A stretch of 64,000 bases of DNA from an uncultured delta proteobacterium (GTDB lineage: Bacteria > Desulfobacterota > BSN033 > UBA1163), in assembly GCA_963708295.1 (NCBI GenBank), contig CAVPSJ010000008.1, forward strand, positions 160,001 to 224,000. Direction: 5' to 3'. Positions 51,899 through 61,922 of the stretch are shown here, piece after piece. Made by a program: the position numbers and the translations under genes. How positions within the stretch are numbered: the stretch's first letter is position 1; the number at the start of each line of letters is the position of its first letter. The notes under the pieces are model-generated. The model saw nothing but the letters and a program-made list of their open reading frames with translations. It made no database searches and was not told the origin of the DNA.

Positions 51899-53552
51899 GT
51901 CTCTCAAAGACGGGGAAGGATACAAAAAACGTACTCCCTTTTCCCACGCCACTTTCTATCTCTATTTTGCCGGAGTGTTCTTTGATGATCCTTTCGCAGA
52001 TGGCCAACCCCAGCCCCGTGCCTTCCCCCATCCTTTTTGTCGTGAAAAAGGGCTCGAAGATTTTCTTTTTTGTTTCTTCAGTAATTCCAATTCCCGTATC
52101 GGTCACTGCGATTTCCAGCCATCTTCCATCCTTTGAGGAGAGGGCAGGGGGGCCGAGTCGGGTCCTGATCGTCAGGACTCCTCCTTTGGGCATCGCGTCC
52201 AACGCATTGGTGATCAGGTTGAGAAAGAGGGTTTGGAGTTGCGTGGGGTCCCCCAGGATGGGAGGGAGGTTCGGAGAGAGCTGTTTCGTCAGGTTCACGT
52301 TTCGGGCAAGAAACCAGGGCTCACTCAAATGGATCAATTCTTCCAGGACCTCATTCACTCCCAGAGACTTCAACTGGGATTTCGGCCGACGGGTAAAGGA
52401 AAGAAGATTATTCACCGAATCGGTAATCTTGTCCATCTGCGATTCGACGATTTTGAGTCGATCCTGGTCTTTGGGTCGAAGATTTCCATCCTGGCGTATC
52501 AGCTGAATATACCCGGAGCTCGTGTTCAGGCTGGTTCCGATCTGGTGTCCTACTTCTGTCATGGCCTGTCCCACCGCGGCGAGTTTTTCAGATTGACTTA
52601 ACTGCCTCTGGGATTCAAACAGGGCTTCGTTGAGCAGCCTCAGCTCTTCGTTTCTCTTGGCCAATTCCGAGGTGGCGGCCTCGATTTTTCCGGTCAGCTC
52701 CTCATTGAATTCGCTGACCTGTCTCAAGAGTTGAACATTTTGTTCATGGGTTTCCCGGATCGTCCTGAGCATGCGATTGAAATTTCTTCCTAGTTTCCCT
52801 AGCTCATCTTCCCGTTGAATATACGCTTCCGTGTCCAGGTCGCCTTTTTCCGCGCGCGACATGGCCTCCACCAGTTTTCGGATGGGATCTCCGACCAGTT
52901 TTCCAAAGAGGACCGTGAGGGTGATCAGGATGACGAGAATGCTCAGGCATGTCAGGATGACCGCTCGATCTCTCTTCTTACGCAAAAAAGCCTGGGCTTC
53001 ATCCAGAGAGCTGACCAATCGAATTCCGCCGACCACTTTTGTTCCTGCATGAAGGGGAACCATCACCTCCAGCCACTTTTCCTCCCCCACGTCATGGAGC
53101 GAAGAAAGGTTCTTGTCTTTCTTCAATTGATTCATTTGATCTTTGGACGGGGCTACGGACGTCCGGGTGTCTCTTGAATGAGAGACTACGAGTTCCCAGT
53201 CCTTTGCGGAGAAGAGGAAGACGTCAATCGCCATCAAAAACGGGCGGCTGAGCAACCACTCCTCCACTTCATCCCGGAGACGGGGCAGATCCTCCAGAAT
53301 CGCTCGATCCGGGATCGAGGCGTCGATTTGTTTTGCGATCAGAGTGATTCGATTTAACGAAAGGTCGATCTGGTCTTTTTTTGCAAAATGATAGTCCAGG
53401 TAACTGGCCAGGAGGAGGACTCCGGCGACGATGAAGATAATGAGGAAGGTGATCTTGGTTTTGAGTCCGATCTGGGGAATCCGCTGATAGAGGAGGAATC
53501 GGATCCATCGAATGGCCGGGAGGGTGATGGGAGCGGGTTTGACTGGGTCCAT
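51852..53552 (-). CDS. Membrane HAMP sensor histidine kinase
   Basis: Two TM helices, HAMP 'DELGKLGRNFNRM', atypical H-box 'VGHQIGTSL', HATPase motifs. Confidence 0.9.
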   Translation of the reverse strand: MDPVKPAPITLPAIRWIRFLLYQRIPQIGLKTKITFLIIFIVAGVLLLASYLDYHFAKKDQIDLSLNRITLIAKQIDASIPDRAILEDLPRLRDEVEEWLLSRPFLMAIDVFLFSAKDWELVVSHSRDTRTSVAPSKDQMNQLKKDKNLSSLHDVGEEKWLEVMVPLHAGTKVVGGIRLVSSLDEAQAFLRKKRDRAVILTCLSILVILITLTVLFGKLVGDPIRKLVEAMSRAEKGDLDTEAYIQREDELGKLGRNFNRMLRTIRETHEQNVQLLRQVSEFNEELTGKIEAATSELAKRNEELRLLNEALFESQRQLSQSEKLAAVGQAMTEVGHQIGTSLNTSSGYIQLIRQDGNLRPKDQDRLKIVESQMDKITDSVNNLLSFTRRPKSQLKSLGVNEVLEELIHLSEPWFLARNVNLTKQLSPNLPPILGDPTQLQTLFLNLITNALDAMPKGGVLTIRTRLGPPALSSKDGRWLEIAVTDTGIGITEETKKKIFEPFFTTKRMGEGTGLGLAICERIIKEHSGKIEIESGVGKGSTFFVSFPVFERHETDGQSTRAPLGRR

Positions 53553-53554
53553 CT

Positions 53555-54307
53555 CTATTTTTGGGAAAGAGATCCTTGATCTCTGGCCCTTTTCCCTTCA
53601 ATCACCTTGACCAGAATCACTCCGATCTCGAATAAGAAATACATGGGGACTCCCATGAGACTCATATTAAAAACATCCGGAGTCGGAGTGACGACTGCGG
53701 AAATGACCGCAACGAGGAGGATAGCATACTTGCGGTTTCGAGTCAAAAGAGCTGCATTCACCACCCTGAGGTAACTTAATAGAGCAAGGACCAAGGGAAG
53801 TTCAAAGATCAACCCGAAGCCAAAGACGAAAACGGCGCAAAAGGAGACATATCTCCCCGCAGAGATCATAGGCAGGATACGGGCGGTTTGATACCCCATG
53901 AGAAACTTCACCCCATTCGGCAAAGCGACAAAGAAGCAAAAGGAAGCCCCGAGATAGAAGAGGAAGAGAGAAGCCAAGAGAATGCCGTTGGCCGAGTTCA
54001 ATCCCCTCGAGCGAAAGAGGGGAGAAAACGCTTTCCAGAGGTGGTAGAAGATGACGGGGATCGAGCAGAAGAGGCTGGTGAACAGGGTCAGCTTGAGGAG
54101 GGAGAAAAAAGCCTCTGGAATGGAATAGGCGACGAGGTTGGTTCGAAGGGTCTTTTGACAGAGATACACTAACAGCTCTTTGGATACGGGATAAAGGACG
54201 ATTCCGCACAAAAGGATCACGATGCCGACCTGGAGGAGACCCTTGCGTAAATTGGAAAGGGCGCGGAAGATGTCTTCTCGCTTCAATCCTGAGGCCTGAA
54301 GGATCAT
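53555..54307 (-). CDS. tatC: Twin-arginine translocase subunit TatC
   Basis: 'PEAFF', 'FGLIFELP', 'AVVTPTPD', 'PMYFLFEIG'. Confidence 0.92.
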   Translation of the reverse strand: MILQASGLKREDIFRALSNLRKGLLQVGIVILLCGIVLYPVSKELLVYLCQKTLRTNLVAYSIPEAFFSLLKLTLFTSLFCSIPVIFYHLWKAFSPLFRSRGLNSANGILLASLFLFYLGASFCFFVALPNGVKFLMGYQTARILPMISAGRYVSFCAVFVFGFGLIFELPLVLALLSYLRVVNAALLTRNRKYAILLVAVISAVVTPTPDVFNMSLMGVPMYFLFEIGVILVKVIEGKRARDQGSLSQK

Positions 54308-54546
54308 GGAGGTAATGTAACATATAAAGGGAGGGGCCGAAAGCGGTTCCGTTTATCAGACCGGGGTTTCCCCTCCTGTGGGACCAGAAAGGCCTGCCCA
54401 GAAAAGGATTCTCACGGAGAAAAAATCTCTCAACCGGGTCTCGCACAATTTACAGATCGGGGTTGACAAAGATTCAAAACAGAGATAAAAGAAAAAGATT
54501 ATCAATCCATGCCTGTCCTGCCGAGCACCGGCAGGAATGTTCTGAG

Positions 54547-55581
54547 ATGAAATTGAAAGTCGGCATCACCTATAACCTCAAGAAAGACTTTACTCGACAA
54601 GAAAATCAGCCGATTGATCTTCTGGAGGAGTTTGATTCCGAGGAAACGGTGGATGCCATTGGAAAGGCTCTCGAGAGCGAAGGGCACGAAGTGATCAAAC
54701 TGGGTGGAGACATCGGTTTGATCGATCGGTTAAGGCAGGCATCGGTCGATATCGTTTTCAATATCGCGGAAGGTCTTCAGGGCCGAAACCGGGAGGCCCA
54801 CATCCCGGCTCTGTTAGAGTTTTTGAACATCCCCTATACCGGGTCCGATCCTCTGACGCTCTCTCTTACTCTGGATAAGGCCATGGCAAAGAGAATTGTC
54901 ATGAGCCAGGAGATTCCGACGCCAAGATTCAAAAAAGCGGAGAGGATGGAGGATCTCGACCCTCTCAACCTTCGTTTTCCTCTCTTCATCAAACCGTGTT
55001 ACGAAGGGTCGAGCAAGGGGGTTCGGTTGGATTCAAAAATCTCGGATCCCCGAACACTGCGGGAAAAAGCGAGCGGGCTTTTCGAAACGTATGGCTCGCC
55101 CCTCCTCGTCGAGGAGTTTGTGAAAGGCCCGGAATTCACGGTGGGCATCCTCGGCAACGAAGTTCCCCGGGTCCTCGGCGTCATGCAGATTGAGATCAAG
55201 GGGAGTCCTCCGGAGGAATCCATTTACTCTCTGGAGATCAAGAGGGAATGGGAGGAGAAAGTGCGCTACCATTGCCCCCCCTCGATTGCCCCGGGTCTTT
55301 TAAGCAAGATCGAGGAGGTGGCCCTCCGGTCGTATCGAGCCCTAGACTGCCGAGATGTTTCCCGGGTGGACATCCGCGTGGGTGAGGACCAGACGCCCTA
55401 TTTCATCGAGGTCAACCCTCTCCCGGGCCTTTCGCCCGTTTACGGGGACCTCGTGATCATGGCAAGGAGCATGGGATGGGACTATGCCGACCTGGTCAAG
55501 ACCATTTTCCATCATGCCCTCAAGCGATACGGACGGTGGACGAATAGACCCGGGGGTGATGATGGGAAGCCCGCTGGATAA
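54547..55581 (+). CDS. D-Ala-D-Ala ligase-like ATP-grasp protein (1)
   Basis: 'FNIAEG', 'PYTGSD', 'KPCYEGSSKG', 'RVDIR', 'EVNPLPGL'; non-canonical N-terminus 'VGITYNL...EEFDS'. Confidence 0.9.
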   Translation: MKLKVGITYNLKKDFTRQENQPIDLLEEFDSEETVDAIGKALESEGHEVIKLGGDIGLIDRLRQASVDIVFNIAEGLQGRNREAHIPALLEFLNIPYTGSDPLTLSLTLDKAMAKRIVMSQEIPTPRFKKAERMEDLDPLNLRFPLFIKPCYEGSSKGVRLDSKISDPRTLREKASGLFETYGSPLLVEEFVKGPEFTVGILGNEVPRVLGVMQIEIKGSPPEESIYSLEIKREWEEKVRYHCPPSIAPGLLSKIEEVALRSYRALDCRDVSRVDIRVGEDQTPYFIEVNPLPGLSPVYGDLVIMARSMGWDYADLVKTIFHHALKRYGRWTNRPGGDDGKPAG

Positions 55582-55613
55582 ACAGTCCCCGTTCGTTTGA
55601 TGAGTCATCGTCG

Positions 55614-56699
55614 ATGAATCGACCAGAGCAGACCCTCCACGAGATTATCCTGAAAAACTTTAAGGAGGCGGTCATTTTTGCCGACGCCCGAGGACGAATT
55701 CAATTCCTCAACGGCATCGCGGAGAAGTATTTTCAGATCAGCGGGAAGAAGGTGCTGGGAAAGAGATTGGAGAGGGCGATCCCCCATAAAAATATAAAGA
55801 AACACTTTGACTTCGTCTACGAAAGGAGAGAAGAGGATCACGATGTTGAACTGGCGATTCCCGTTGCCCCTTCTTCGGGCCAGGAAACCCGGATCCTTCA
55901 TTGCAGCTTTTATCCCATTTTTGATAAGAGAGGGACGATGTTTTTGGGCTGTCTGGCGACGTTTGCCGATGTCACGGAAAAAGGCCTGCTCCTGAGGGAG
56001 ATCAGTAAGAGCCGGAATCTTTCCACGATCGGAATGCTGGCCAGATGGATGGCCCATGAGATTCGAAATCCCCTCAGCTCTTTGAACATCAATATTGAAC
56101 TGCTGAGAGAGGAGCTGGGAGGGGAGACCCACCTGTCCCAGAAAGATGAGATTCACTCTCTGATTAATTTTATCAGTTACGAAACCCTCCGGCTGGAGAA
56201 TAATCTGAAAGAATTTCTCGATTTCAATCGTCTCCCTCCCCTCAAATTCGAATGGATTCAATTGAATGAATTATTGGACTCCGTCGTTCGGCTTTCAAGG
56301 CCGGATGCTCAGATCAAAAATGCCAGGATTGAAACCCATTTCCAAAAAAAGCTGCCCGTGCTGAAGATCGATGTCAGCCAATTCAACCTGGCGATTTCGA
56401 ATCTCCTCATCAACAGCATTCAAGCGGTCTCGGAAAAAGGGGAAATTCACCTCTTCACCCGGGGATCCAGGAAGAATGTCTTCATCATTATACAGGACAA
56501 TGGGGTGGGAATCTCCCAAGAGCACCTTCCCAAGATCTTCGATTTTATGTTCAGCACCAAGCCAACAGGGTCAGGGCTGGGTCTCTCGATCGCAAAGAAG
56601 ATCATCTCAGACCATCACGGTGAGATCTCGGTGAAGAGCGAGGTCAATAAGGGATCGATCTTTAGAATACGAATTCCCCTGGGCCCAAAAGGAAACTAA
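55614..56699 (+). CDS. Cytoplasmic PAS sensor histidine kinase
   Basis: PAS domain, 'MAHEIRNPL', 'DNGVGI', 'GSGLGL'. Confidence 0.92.
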   Translation: MNRPEQTLHEIILKNFKEAVIFADARGRIQFLNGIAEKYFQISGKKVLGKRLERAIPHKNIKKHFDFVYERREEDHDVELAIPVAPSSGQETRILHCSFYPIFDKRGTMFLGCLATFADVTEKGLLLREISKSRNLSTIGMLARWMAHEIRNPLSSLNINIELLREELGGETHLSQKDEIHSLINFISYETLRLENNLKEFLDFNRLPPLKFEWIQLNELLDSVVRLSRPDAQIKNARIETHFQKKLPVLKIDVSQFNLAISNLLINSIQAVSEKGEIHLFTRGSRKNVFIIIQDNGVGISQEHLPKIFDFMFSTKPTGSGLGLSIAKKIISDHHGEISVKSEVNKGSIFRIRIPLGPKGN

Positions 56700-56866
56700 T
56701 ACCAATGCAATGACCAAATTCCAAGCACCAATCATCAAATAATAACCCATGTCTCAATGACCCAAATTTTTAAGAAGGAGTTTCGTACTTTTGGAAATTG
56801 GGTAATTGGAGCTTGTTTTGAGTTTGCCTGCCTGCCGGCAGGCAGGGAATTTGATGATTGGAATTT
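56698..56866. repeat. 7-mer-armed palindrome with a nested CCTGCCTGCCGGCAGGCAGG
   Basis: aaattccaagcaccaatcatcaaat ... atttgatgattggaattt. Confidence 0.7.
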
Positions 56867-56931
56867 TTCGGATGGAAACACCAAAGGTGTTATATGAAGG
56901 ATGGCAAGGGTTGATTTCAGTGGTCAGGGAT

Positions 56932-58347
56932 ATGGACAAAAAAGTAATCCTTATTGCGGAGGACGATTCCCGGGTGGGGGAGAGTCTCCGCCTTTTGTTG
57001 AAGAAGAAGGGGCACGAAGTCCTCCTGTCTCCGAACGGGAAGGAGGCCCTCCAACTTGTTCGGCACGAGGCCGTCGATCTGGTGATTACCGATGTGGTCA
57101 TGCCCAAGATGGACGGGATCGAGCTCTTAGAAGCCGTAAAAGGTCTCAGGCCGGAGACCGAGGTCATCGTCATCTCTGCCCAGGGGACGATCGAGAAGGC
57201 GGTGCAGGCGATGAAATTGGGAGCCTTTGATTTTATCGAAAAACCGATCAACCCGAGGGTGATCACTCTCTTGGTGGAGAGGGCTCTGGAAAAACAGACC
57301 CTGATCCTCCAGAATCGAGACCTGCGGTCCAGACTGGAAGACAAGTTTCATTTCAAAAATGTGATCGGGAGGAGCGAGAAGATGGTAAAAATCTTTGAGC
57401 TCATCCGTCATATCGCCCCGTACGATAGCTCTGTTCTGATTATCGGCGAGAGCGGAACGGGGAAGGAGTTGATCGCCAATGCGATTCATTACAATAGTCC
57501 CCGGGCCTCCATGGCCTTCATCAAAGTCAGCTGCGCCTCCCTGAGCGAGGGAATTATCGAAAGCGAGCTATTCGGCCACGAGAAGGGCGCCTTTACCGGA
57601 GCCATCGCTTCTCGAAAGGGACGCTTTGAGCTGGCCCATCAAGGGACCCTTTTTTTGGATGAGGTGGAGGATATTCCCCCTGCGACTCAGATCAAACTTT
57701 TACGGGTCCTCCAGGAAGGCGAATTTGAAAGGGCGGGGGGGAATAAGACGATCCGGGTCAATATTCGAATCATCGCCGCAAGCAACCGGGACCTTCAGGA
57801 GGCTGTCAAAGAGGGAAGATTTCGAGAGGATCTCTATTATCGGCTGAATGTTGTGAATATCAAGCTTCCCCCGTTGAGGGACCGGAGGGATGACATTCCC
57901 TTCCTCATCCATTTCTTCATAGAGAAATATAATCGGAAATATCATATGAAAGTGAAGGGCGTGTCCCAGAAGGCCATGAACCTGCTGACCGACTACGAAT
58001 GGACGGGGAACGTAAGAGAGTTGGAGAATACCCTTGAATCCATCTTGGTGATCAACAACCCGGAGGCCATTGATGTCCAGCACCTTCCTCCAGAAATAAA
58101 GGATTCCAAGCGGAGACCCGAGGTGATTCTGATCAAGATCGGAACGCCTCTCGAGGAAGTGGAGAAGGAGATATTGGTGGAGACGCTCAGGGCGACGAAA
58201 GGGAATAAACGGAAGGCGGCCCAATTGTTGGGGATCAACGTACGGACCATTCATCGAAAGATGGAAGGACTGGAAGGATTCGAAGAGGCTTCAGGGGCAT
58301 CGAACGGGGCGAAGGCAAAAAGAGTGGCAAAAAGTCGTACTCGCTAA
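56932..58347 (+). CDS. Sigma54-dependent response regulator
   Basis: REC 'TDVVMPKMDG', 'GESGTGKE', 'GAFTGA', C-terminal HTH. Confidence 0.95.
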   Translation: MDKKVILIAEDDSRVGESLRLLLKKKGHEVLLSPNGKEALQLVRHEAVDLVITDVVMPKMDGIELLEAVKGLRPETEVIVISAQGTIEKAVQAMKLGAFDFIEKPINPRVITLLVERALEKQTLILQNRDLRSRLEDKFHFKNVIGRSEKMVKIFELIRHIAPYDSSVLIIGESGTGKELIANAIHYNSPRASMAFIKVSCASLSEGIIESELFGHEKGAFTGAIASRKGRFELAHQGTLFLDEVEDIPPATQIKLLRVLQEGEFERAGGNKTIRVNIRIIAASNRDLQEAVKEGRFREDLYYRLNVVNIKLPPLRDRRDDIPFLIHFFIEKYNRKYHMKVKGVSQKAMNLLTDYEWTGNVRELENTLESILVINNPEAIDVQHLPPEIKDSKRRPEVILIKIGTPLEEVEKEILVETLRATKGNKRKAAQLLGINVRTIHRKMEGLEGFEEASGASNGAKAKRVAKSRTR

Positions 58348-58523
58348 AATCGAGGCAAGAAATAAGGGCATTTTGTCGCACCGGTCGTAAACGCCTAGGT
58401 CATTCTTGCCATTTTTATTTTTGGCATTTTGGGTTCGACGAGAAGAACAAAATAGGCCATCCATAAAACCCTTACTATCATTATATATTATCATATGCCC
58501 GGTCAGGGGTCCGCTTGAAAGTT

Positions 58524-58539
58524 TGGCATGAAATTTGAT
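58524..58539 (+). promoter_or_regulatory. Sigma54 promoter (GA variant at -12)
   Basis: TGGCATGAAATTTGAT, GG-N10-GA; possible UAS GGCAAAAAGTCG / GGCATTTTGTCG at about 58325-58380. Confidence 0.6.
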
Positions 58540-58553
58540 ACATCCTTCTGTCT

Positions 58554-58988
58554 ATGAAGGAAAAATTGAAGTGGGCCTTTATTCTCGACAAAGATGAATT
58601 TGTACGGCTCAGCCTTAACAAGATTTTAAAGAAGTATGGGTTCCAGACGGAAGAGATCGAAGATTTTTCTCAACTCGAAAAAAGAAAAAGGGATATCGAG
58701 GGAGGGATCGTCTTCGCAGATGTTGAAATTGATGTTTTGGAAAAAGATTTTGCCTTTTTGAGGAGATGGAGTGACCGATTGATATTGATGATCCCTCTGG
58801 TCACTGACGAGCTGACGGTTCGATTGAAAAAAATGGGTATCCATCGTATTATGAAAAAACCGGTTGATCCAAGATTGCTGAGAAAGGTCATCCGGGAAAT
58901 TTCTTTTATCGATGGGGTAAAGGGAACTTCATTTGGAAAAAAAAGGGAGGGTTCCCATCTCATTCAGAAAGGAGGTGAAGTACTATGA
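58554..58988 (+). CDS. Degenerate receiver-domain-like protein
   Basis: 'FILDKDEFVRLSL...VFADVE...IMKKPVD' follows REC topology. Confidence 0.65.
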   Translation: MKEKLKWAFILDKDEFVRLSLNKILKKYGFQTEEIEDFSQLEKRKRDIEGGIVFADVEIDVLEKDFAFLRRWSDRLILMIPLVTDELTVRLKKMGIHRIMKKPVDPRLLRKVIREISFIDGVKGTSFGKKREGSHLIQKGGEVL

Positions 58989-59179
58989 AGAAGTGGATTT
59001 TTCTTTTCCTCGCATTGGTCTTGGTGATTAATGTTGCAGCAATGAGCATTGGATGCAAAGCCAAGGAAGCACCAAAACCAGCAGCCAAAGAGGAGGCTAA
59101 GCCGCCCGAGGCCCCGGCGCCGCCTGCGCCCGCAGCGACACCCGCCCCGGCACCGGCTCCTGAAGCCCCCAAGAAGTAG
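58985..59179 (+). CDS. Small Pro/Ala/Lys/Glu-rich putative lipoprotein (64 aa)
   Basis: AAGGAGGTG RBS; signal peptide ending 'SIGC'; mature part CKAKEAPKP...PEAPKK. Confidence 0.8.
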   Translation: MKKWIFLFLALVLVINVAAMSIGCKAKEAPKPAAKEEAKPPEAPAPPAPAATPAPAPAPEAPKK

Positions 59180-59200
59180 GGCCTGTTTCATGGTCAACGC

Positions 59201-59240
59201 GTTGGCGCCCCCCCCTCGTTGAAGGAAAGGGGGCGCCAAC
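59201..59240 (+). terminator. GC-rich stem-loop after the small lipoprotein gene
   Basis: GTTGGCGCCCCC...GGGGGCGCCAAC. Confidence 0.7.
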
Positions 59241-59445
59241 AAGAGACCGTCCTGTTTTGAAGAGGAGTTTATTATCACAGATCAACGTCGAAAGAAAAAA
59301 AGGTGCATGTCTGCTCAATACATGAAGGAAGGCTTTTCCTTTATGAGTGAGGAGGTATCGAATGATATCTCCTTTTTTGTTTTCTGGAGAGGTTTTTAAG
59401 AAAGCGGACTGCGTTCGCTCAGCAGATATGCGGGAAGGAGAGAAG

Positions 59446-60729
59446 ATGGAGCCTGCTTCAGACTCAAATTTATCGGTCCCCCAGAGGGGGGCGCGAAGAG
59501 CCGCACAACTTTATTTGTTCTCCCTCTCCACGGAGGGGGAAAAGATTGACGAGTCGCGGGAACCCATCCCCCGGGTTTGGGAGGGGATCTCAGCCAAGGA
59601 ATGGAATGATTGGAGATGGCAGCTTCGACATCGAGTGACCACGTTGGACCAGCTCAAAGAGATCATCGATTTGACCCCTGAGGAGATGGAAGGGATCAAC
59701 CATTCGAAGGGGAGATTGGCCTTAGCCGTCACGCCTTACTTTGCAAGCCTGATGGACCCGGCCAATCCCAATTGTCCCATCCGAAGACAGGCCATCCCTC
59801 GAATCGAGGAGATCCATTTATCCAAAAGTGAAATGGTGGATCCTCTGGGAGAGGACAATCATTCCCCGGTGCCGGGCCTCGTCCATCGTTATCCGGATCG
59901 GGTGCTTTTGCTCGTTACCGATCAATGTGCCGTCTATTGCCGGTACTGCACGCGGAGACGACTAGTGGGGAGCAATGAACGGTCGATCACCCAGGGAAAT
60001 TTTGAGGAAGTTCTCAAATATCTGAAGAGCCATCGAAAGGTGAGAGATGTCCTCATTTCGGGAGGAGATCCGCTCCTCCTGGAAAATGAGAGGTTGGAGG
60101 AAATCGTGAGCCGGTTGAGGGCGCTTCCCCATATCGAGGTCCTCCGAATAGGAACGAGAGTTCCGGTGACGCTTCCCCAGAGGATTACGGGTGGGCTCGT
60201 GAGGATGTTGAGGAGATATCATCCCCTCATGATCTCCATCCATTTTACTCATCCGAAGGAGATTACCGATCGAGTAAGAAAAGCCTGTGGGGAGCTTGCC
60301 GATGGCGGGATTCCACTGGGGAGCCAGACCGTTCTTCTCAAGGGGATTAACGATAAGCCCTACATTATGAAAAAGCTGGTTCAGGAACTCCTCAGGATTC
60401 GAGTCCGGCCGTACTATATCTACCAGTGCGACCTGGCGATGGGAACCGAGCATTTCCGAACCTCTGTGGCGACAGGAATTCAGATCATGGAGAAGCTTCG
60501 GGGGCACACCACCGGTTATGCCGTGCCCACTTATGTCGTCGACGCACCCGGGGGCGGAGGGAAGATTCCGCTACAGCCGGATTACCTGGTTTCGAAGGGC
60601 AGGGGAAAGATTGTTTTGAGAAACTACGAAGGAAAGGTTTTTGAATACCCGGAACCCAATATCATTGAATTCAAAAAAAGCAGGTCCACGGGTGAGGAAA
60701 AAGCGGTTTCGAAGAAAGTGACCGCTTAA
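59446..60729 (+). CDS. kamA: KamA-family radical SAM enzyme (lysine 2,3-aminomutase-like)
   Basis: 'WNDWRWQ', 'HRYPDR', 'CAVYCRYC', 'YQCD', 'VVDAPGGGGKIP'. Confidence 0.93.
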   Translation: MEPASDSNLSVPQRGARRAAQLYLFSLSTEGEKIDESREPIPRVWEGISAKEWNDWRWQLRHRVTTLDQLKEIIDLTPEEMEGINHSKGRLALAVTPYFASLMDPANPNCPIRRQAIPRIEEIHLSKSEMVDPLGEDNHSPVPGLVHRYPDRVLLLVTDQCAVYCRYCTRRRLVGSNERSITQGNFEEVLKYLKSHRKVRDVLISGGDPLLLENERLEEIVSRLRALPHIEVLRIGTRVPVTLPQRITGGLVRMLRRYHPLMISIHFTHPKEITDRVRKACGELADGGIPLGSQTVLLKGINDKPYIMKKLVQELLRIRVRPYYIYQCDLAMGTEHFRTSVATGIQIMEKLRGHTTGYAVPTYVVDAPGGGGKIPLQPDYLVSKGRGKIVLRNYEGKVFEYPEPNIIEFKKSRSTGEEKAVSKKVTA

Positions 60730-60754
60730 GCGTGAACGGAGAAGGAGAGGATCC

Positions 60755-61846
60755 GTGCTCAAAGTAGTGATCTTGTATAATCTTTTTGAACGACTCCGGA
60801 AAGGGGAGGAAAAGGATATCCTGGCAGAGGGGGCGATCGTCGAGGAGATCGAAGCCGTAGAAAGCGCAGTCCGATCTCTCGGCCATCAATGCGCGGTGAT
60901 CGCCGTTCGTGATGAAATTTTCCAGGTCATCCACTGGTTGAAAGAGTACCAACCTGATGTCGTCTTCAATCTATGCGAAAGTGTTTACGGGCATAGCTGC
61001 TGGGAGATGAATATCCCCGCTCTGTTGGATCTTTTTCGAATCCCCTACACCGGATCCTCTCCTCTAACGCTCGGGTTGTGTCAGGACAAAGGAAAGGTGA
61101 AAGACATTCTCCAGTCTCAAGGGATCCTGACCCCTCGCTATCGAATCTTCGAGCGGGCCGTGAGTTCCGTGAAGGAGAGCATCTTTCCGACCATCGTCAA
61201 GCCCCTTCATGAAGACGGGAGTCTTGGAATTTCGAGAGAGAGCGTGGTCTATGACGATGAGGCCCTGATCAAGCAGATTCGATATGTGATCGACCAGTAT
61301 CAGCAGCCTGCCCTCGTGGAGGAATTCGTCGAGGGTAGGGAGCTGAATGTGGGTTTGATAGAGACCAATGGCAAGGTGGGGACCCTTCCCATTTCGGAAA
61401 TTGACTACTCCGAGTTTCCGGAGGGGATTCCCAGGATATGCGGATACGAGGCCAAATGGGTCACCGAGAGCCCCGAGTATCAGAAATCAATACCCATCTG
61501 CCCTGCCCCCCTGGGGGGGATAGTGAAAAAGAGGGTCGAACATATCGGGATCAGGGTTTTTAAACTATTCGGATGCCGGGATTATGCCAGAGTGGATCTC
61601 CGCATCGACCGGGATGGGAAGATCTATGTGTTGGAAGTCAATCCCAACCCGGATATCTCCCCTCAATCCGGGATGGCCAGAGCCCTCAAAGTTCAGGGGA
61701 TTACCTACATGGGGTTCGTCGGAAACCTGATCGAGAGAGCGCTCCGAAGAAAAGACGGGGAAATAAGGAGACAGGGAGACGGGGAGGTGAGCCAAGGCAA
61801 AAAAGTCATTCGCAATTTTCCAACACGGCGGAGCCAAAGCCAATAA
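60755..61846 (+). CDS. D-Ala-D-Ala ligase-like ATP-grasp protein (2)
   Basis: 'VFNLCES', 'PYTGS', 'KPLHEDGSLGI', 'YARVDLR', 'EVNPNPDI'. Confidence 0.9.
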   Translation: MLKVVILYNLFERLRKGEEKDILAEGAIVEEIEAVESAVRSLGHQCAVIAVRDEIFQVIHWLKEYQPDVVFNLCESVYGHSCWEMNIPALLDLFRIPYTGSSPLTLGLCQDKGKVKDILQSQGILTPRYRIFERAVSSVKESIFPTIVKPLHEDGSLGISRESVVYDDEALIKQIRYVIDQYQQPALVEEFVEGRELNVGLIETNGKVGTLPISEIDYSEFPEGIPRICGYEAKWVTESPEYQKSIPICPAPLGGIVKKRVEHIGIRVFKLFGCRDYARVDLRIDRDGKIYVLEVNPNPDISPQSGMARALKVQGITYMGFVGNLIERALRRKDGEIRRQGDGEVSQGKKVIRNFPTRRSQSQ

Positions 61847-61922
61847 GAATTGATCGTTCAGAAGATTCGGTATCCGATACCCTACCGCCCAATCTCTCCT
61901 CACCCCATCCACTAGTAGAAAA

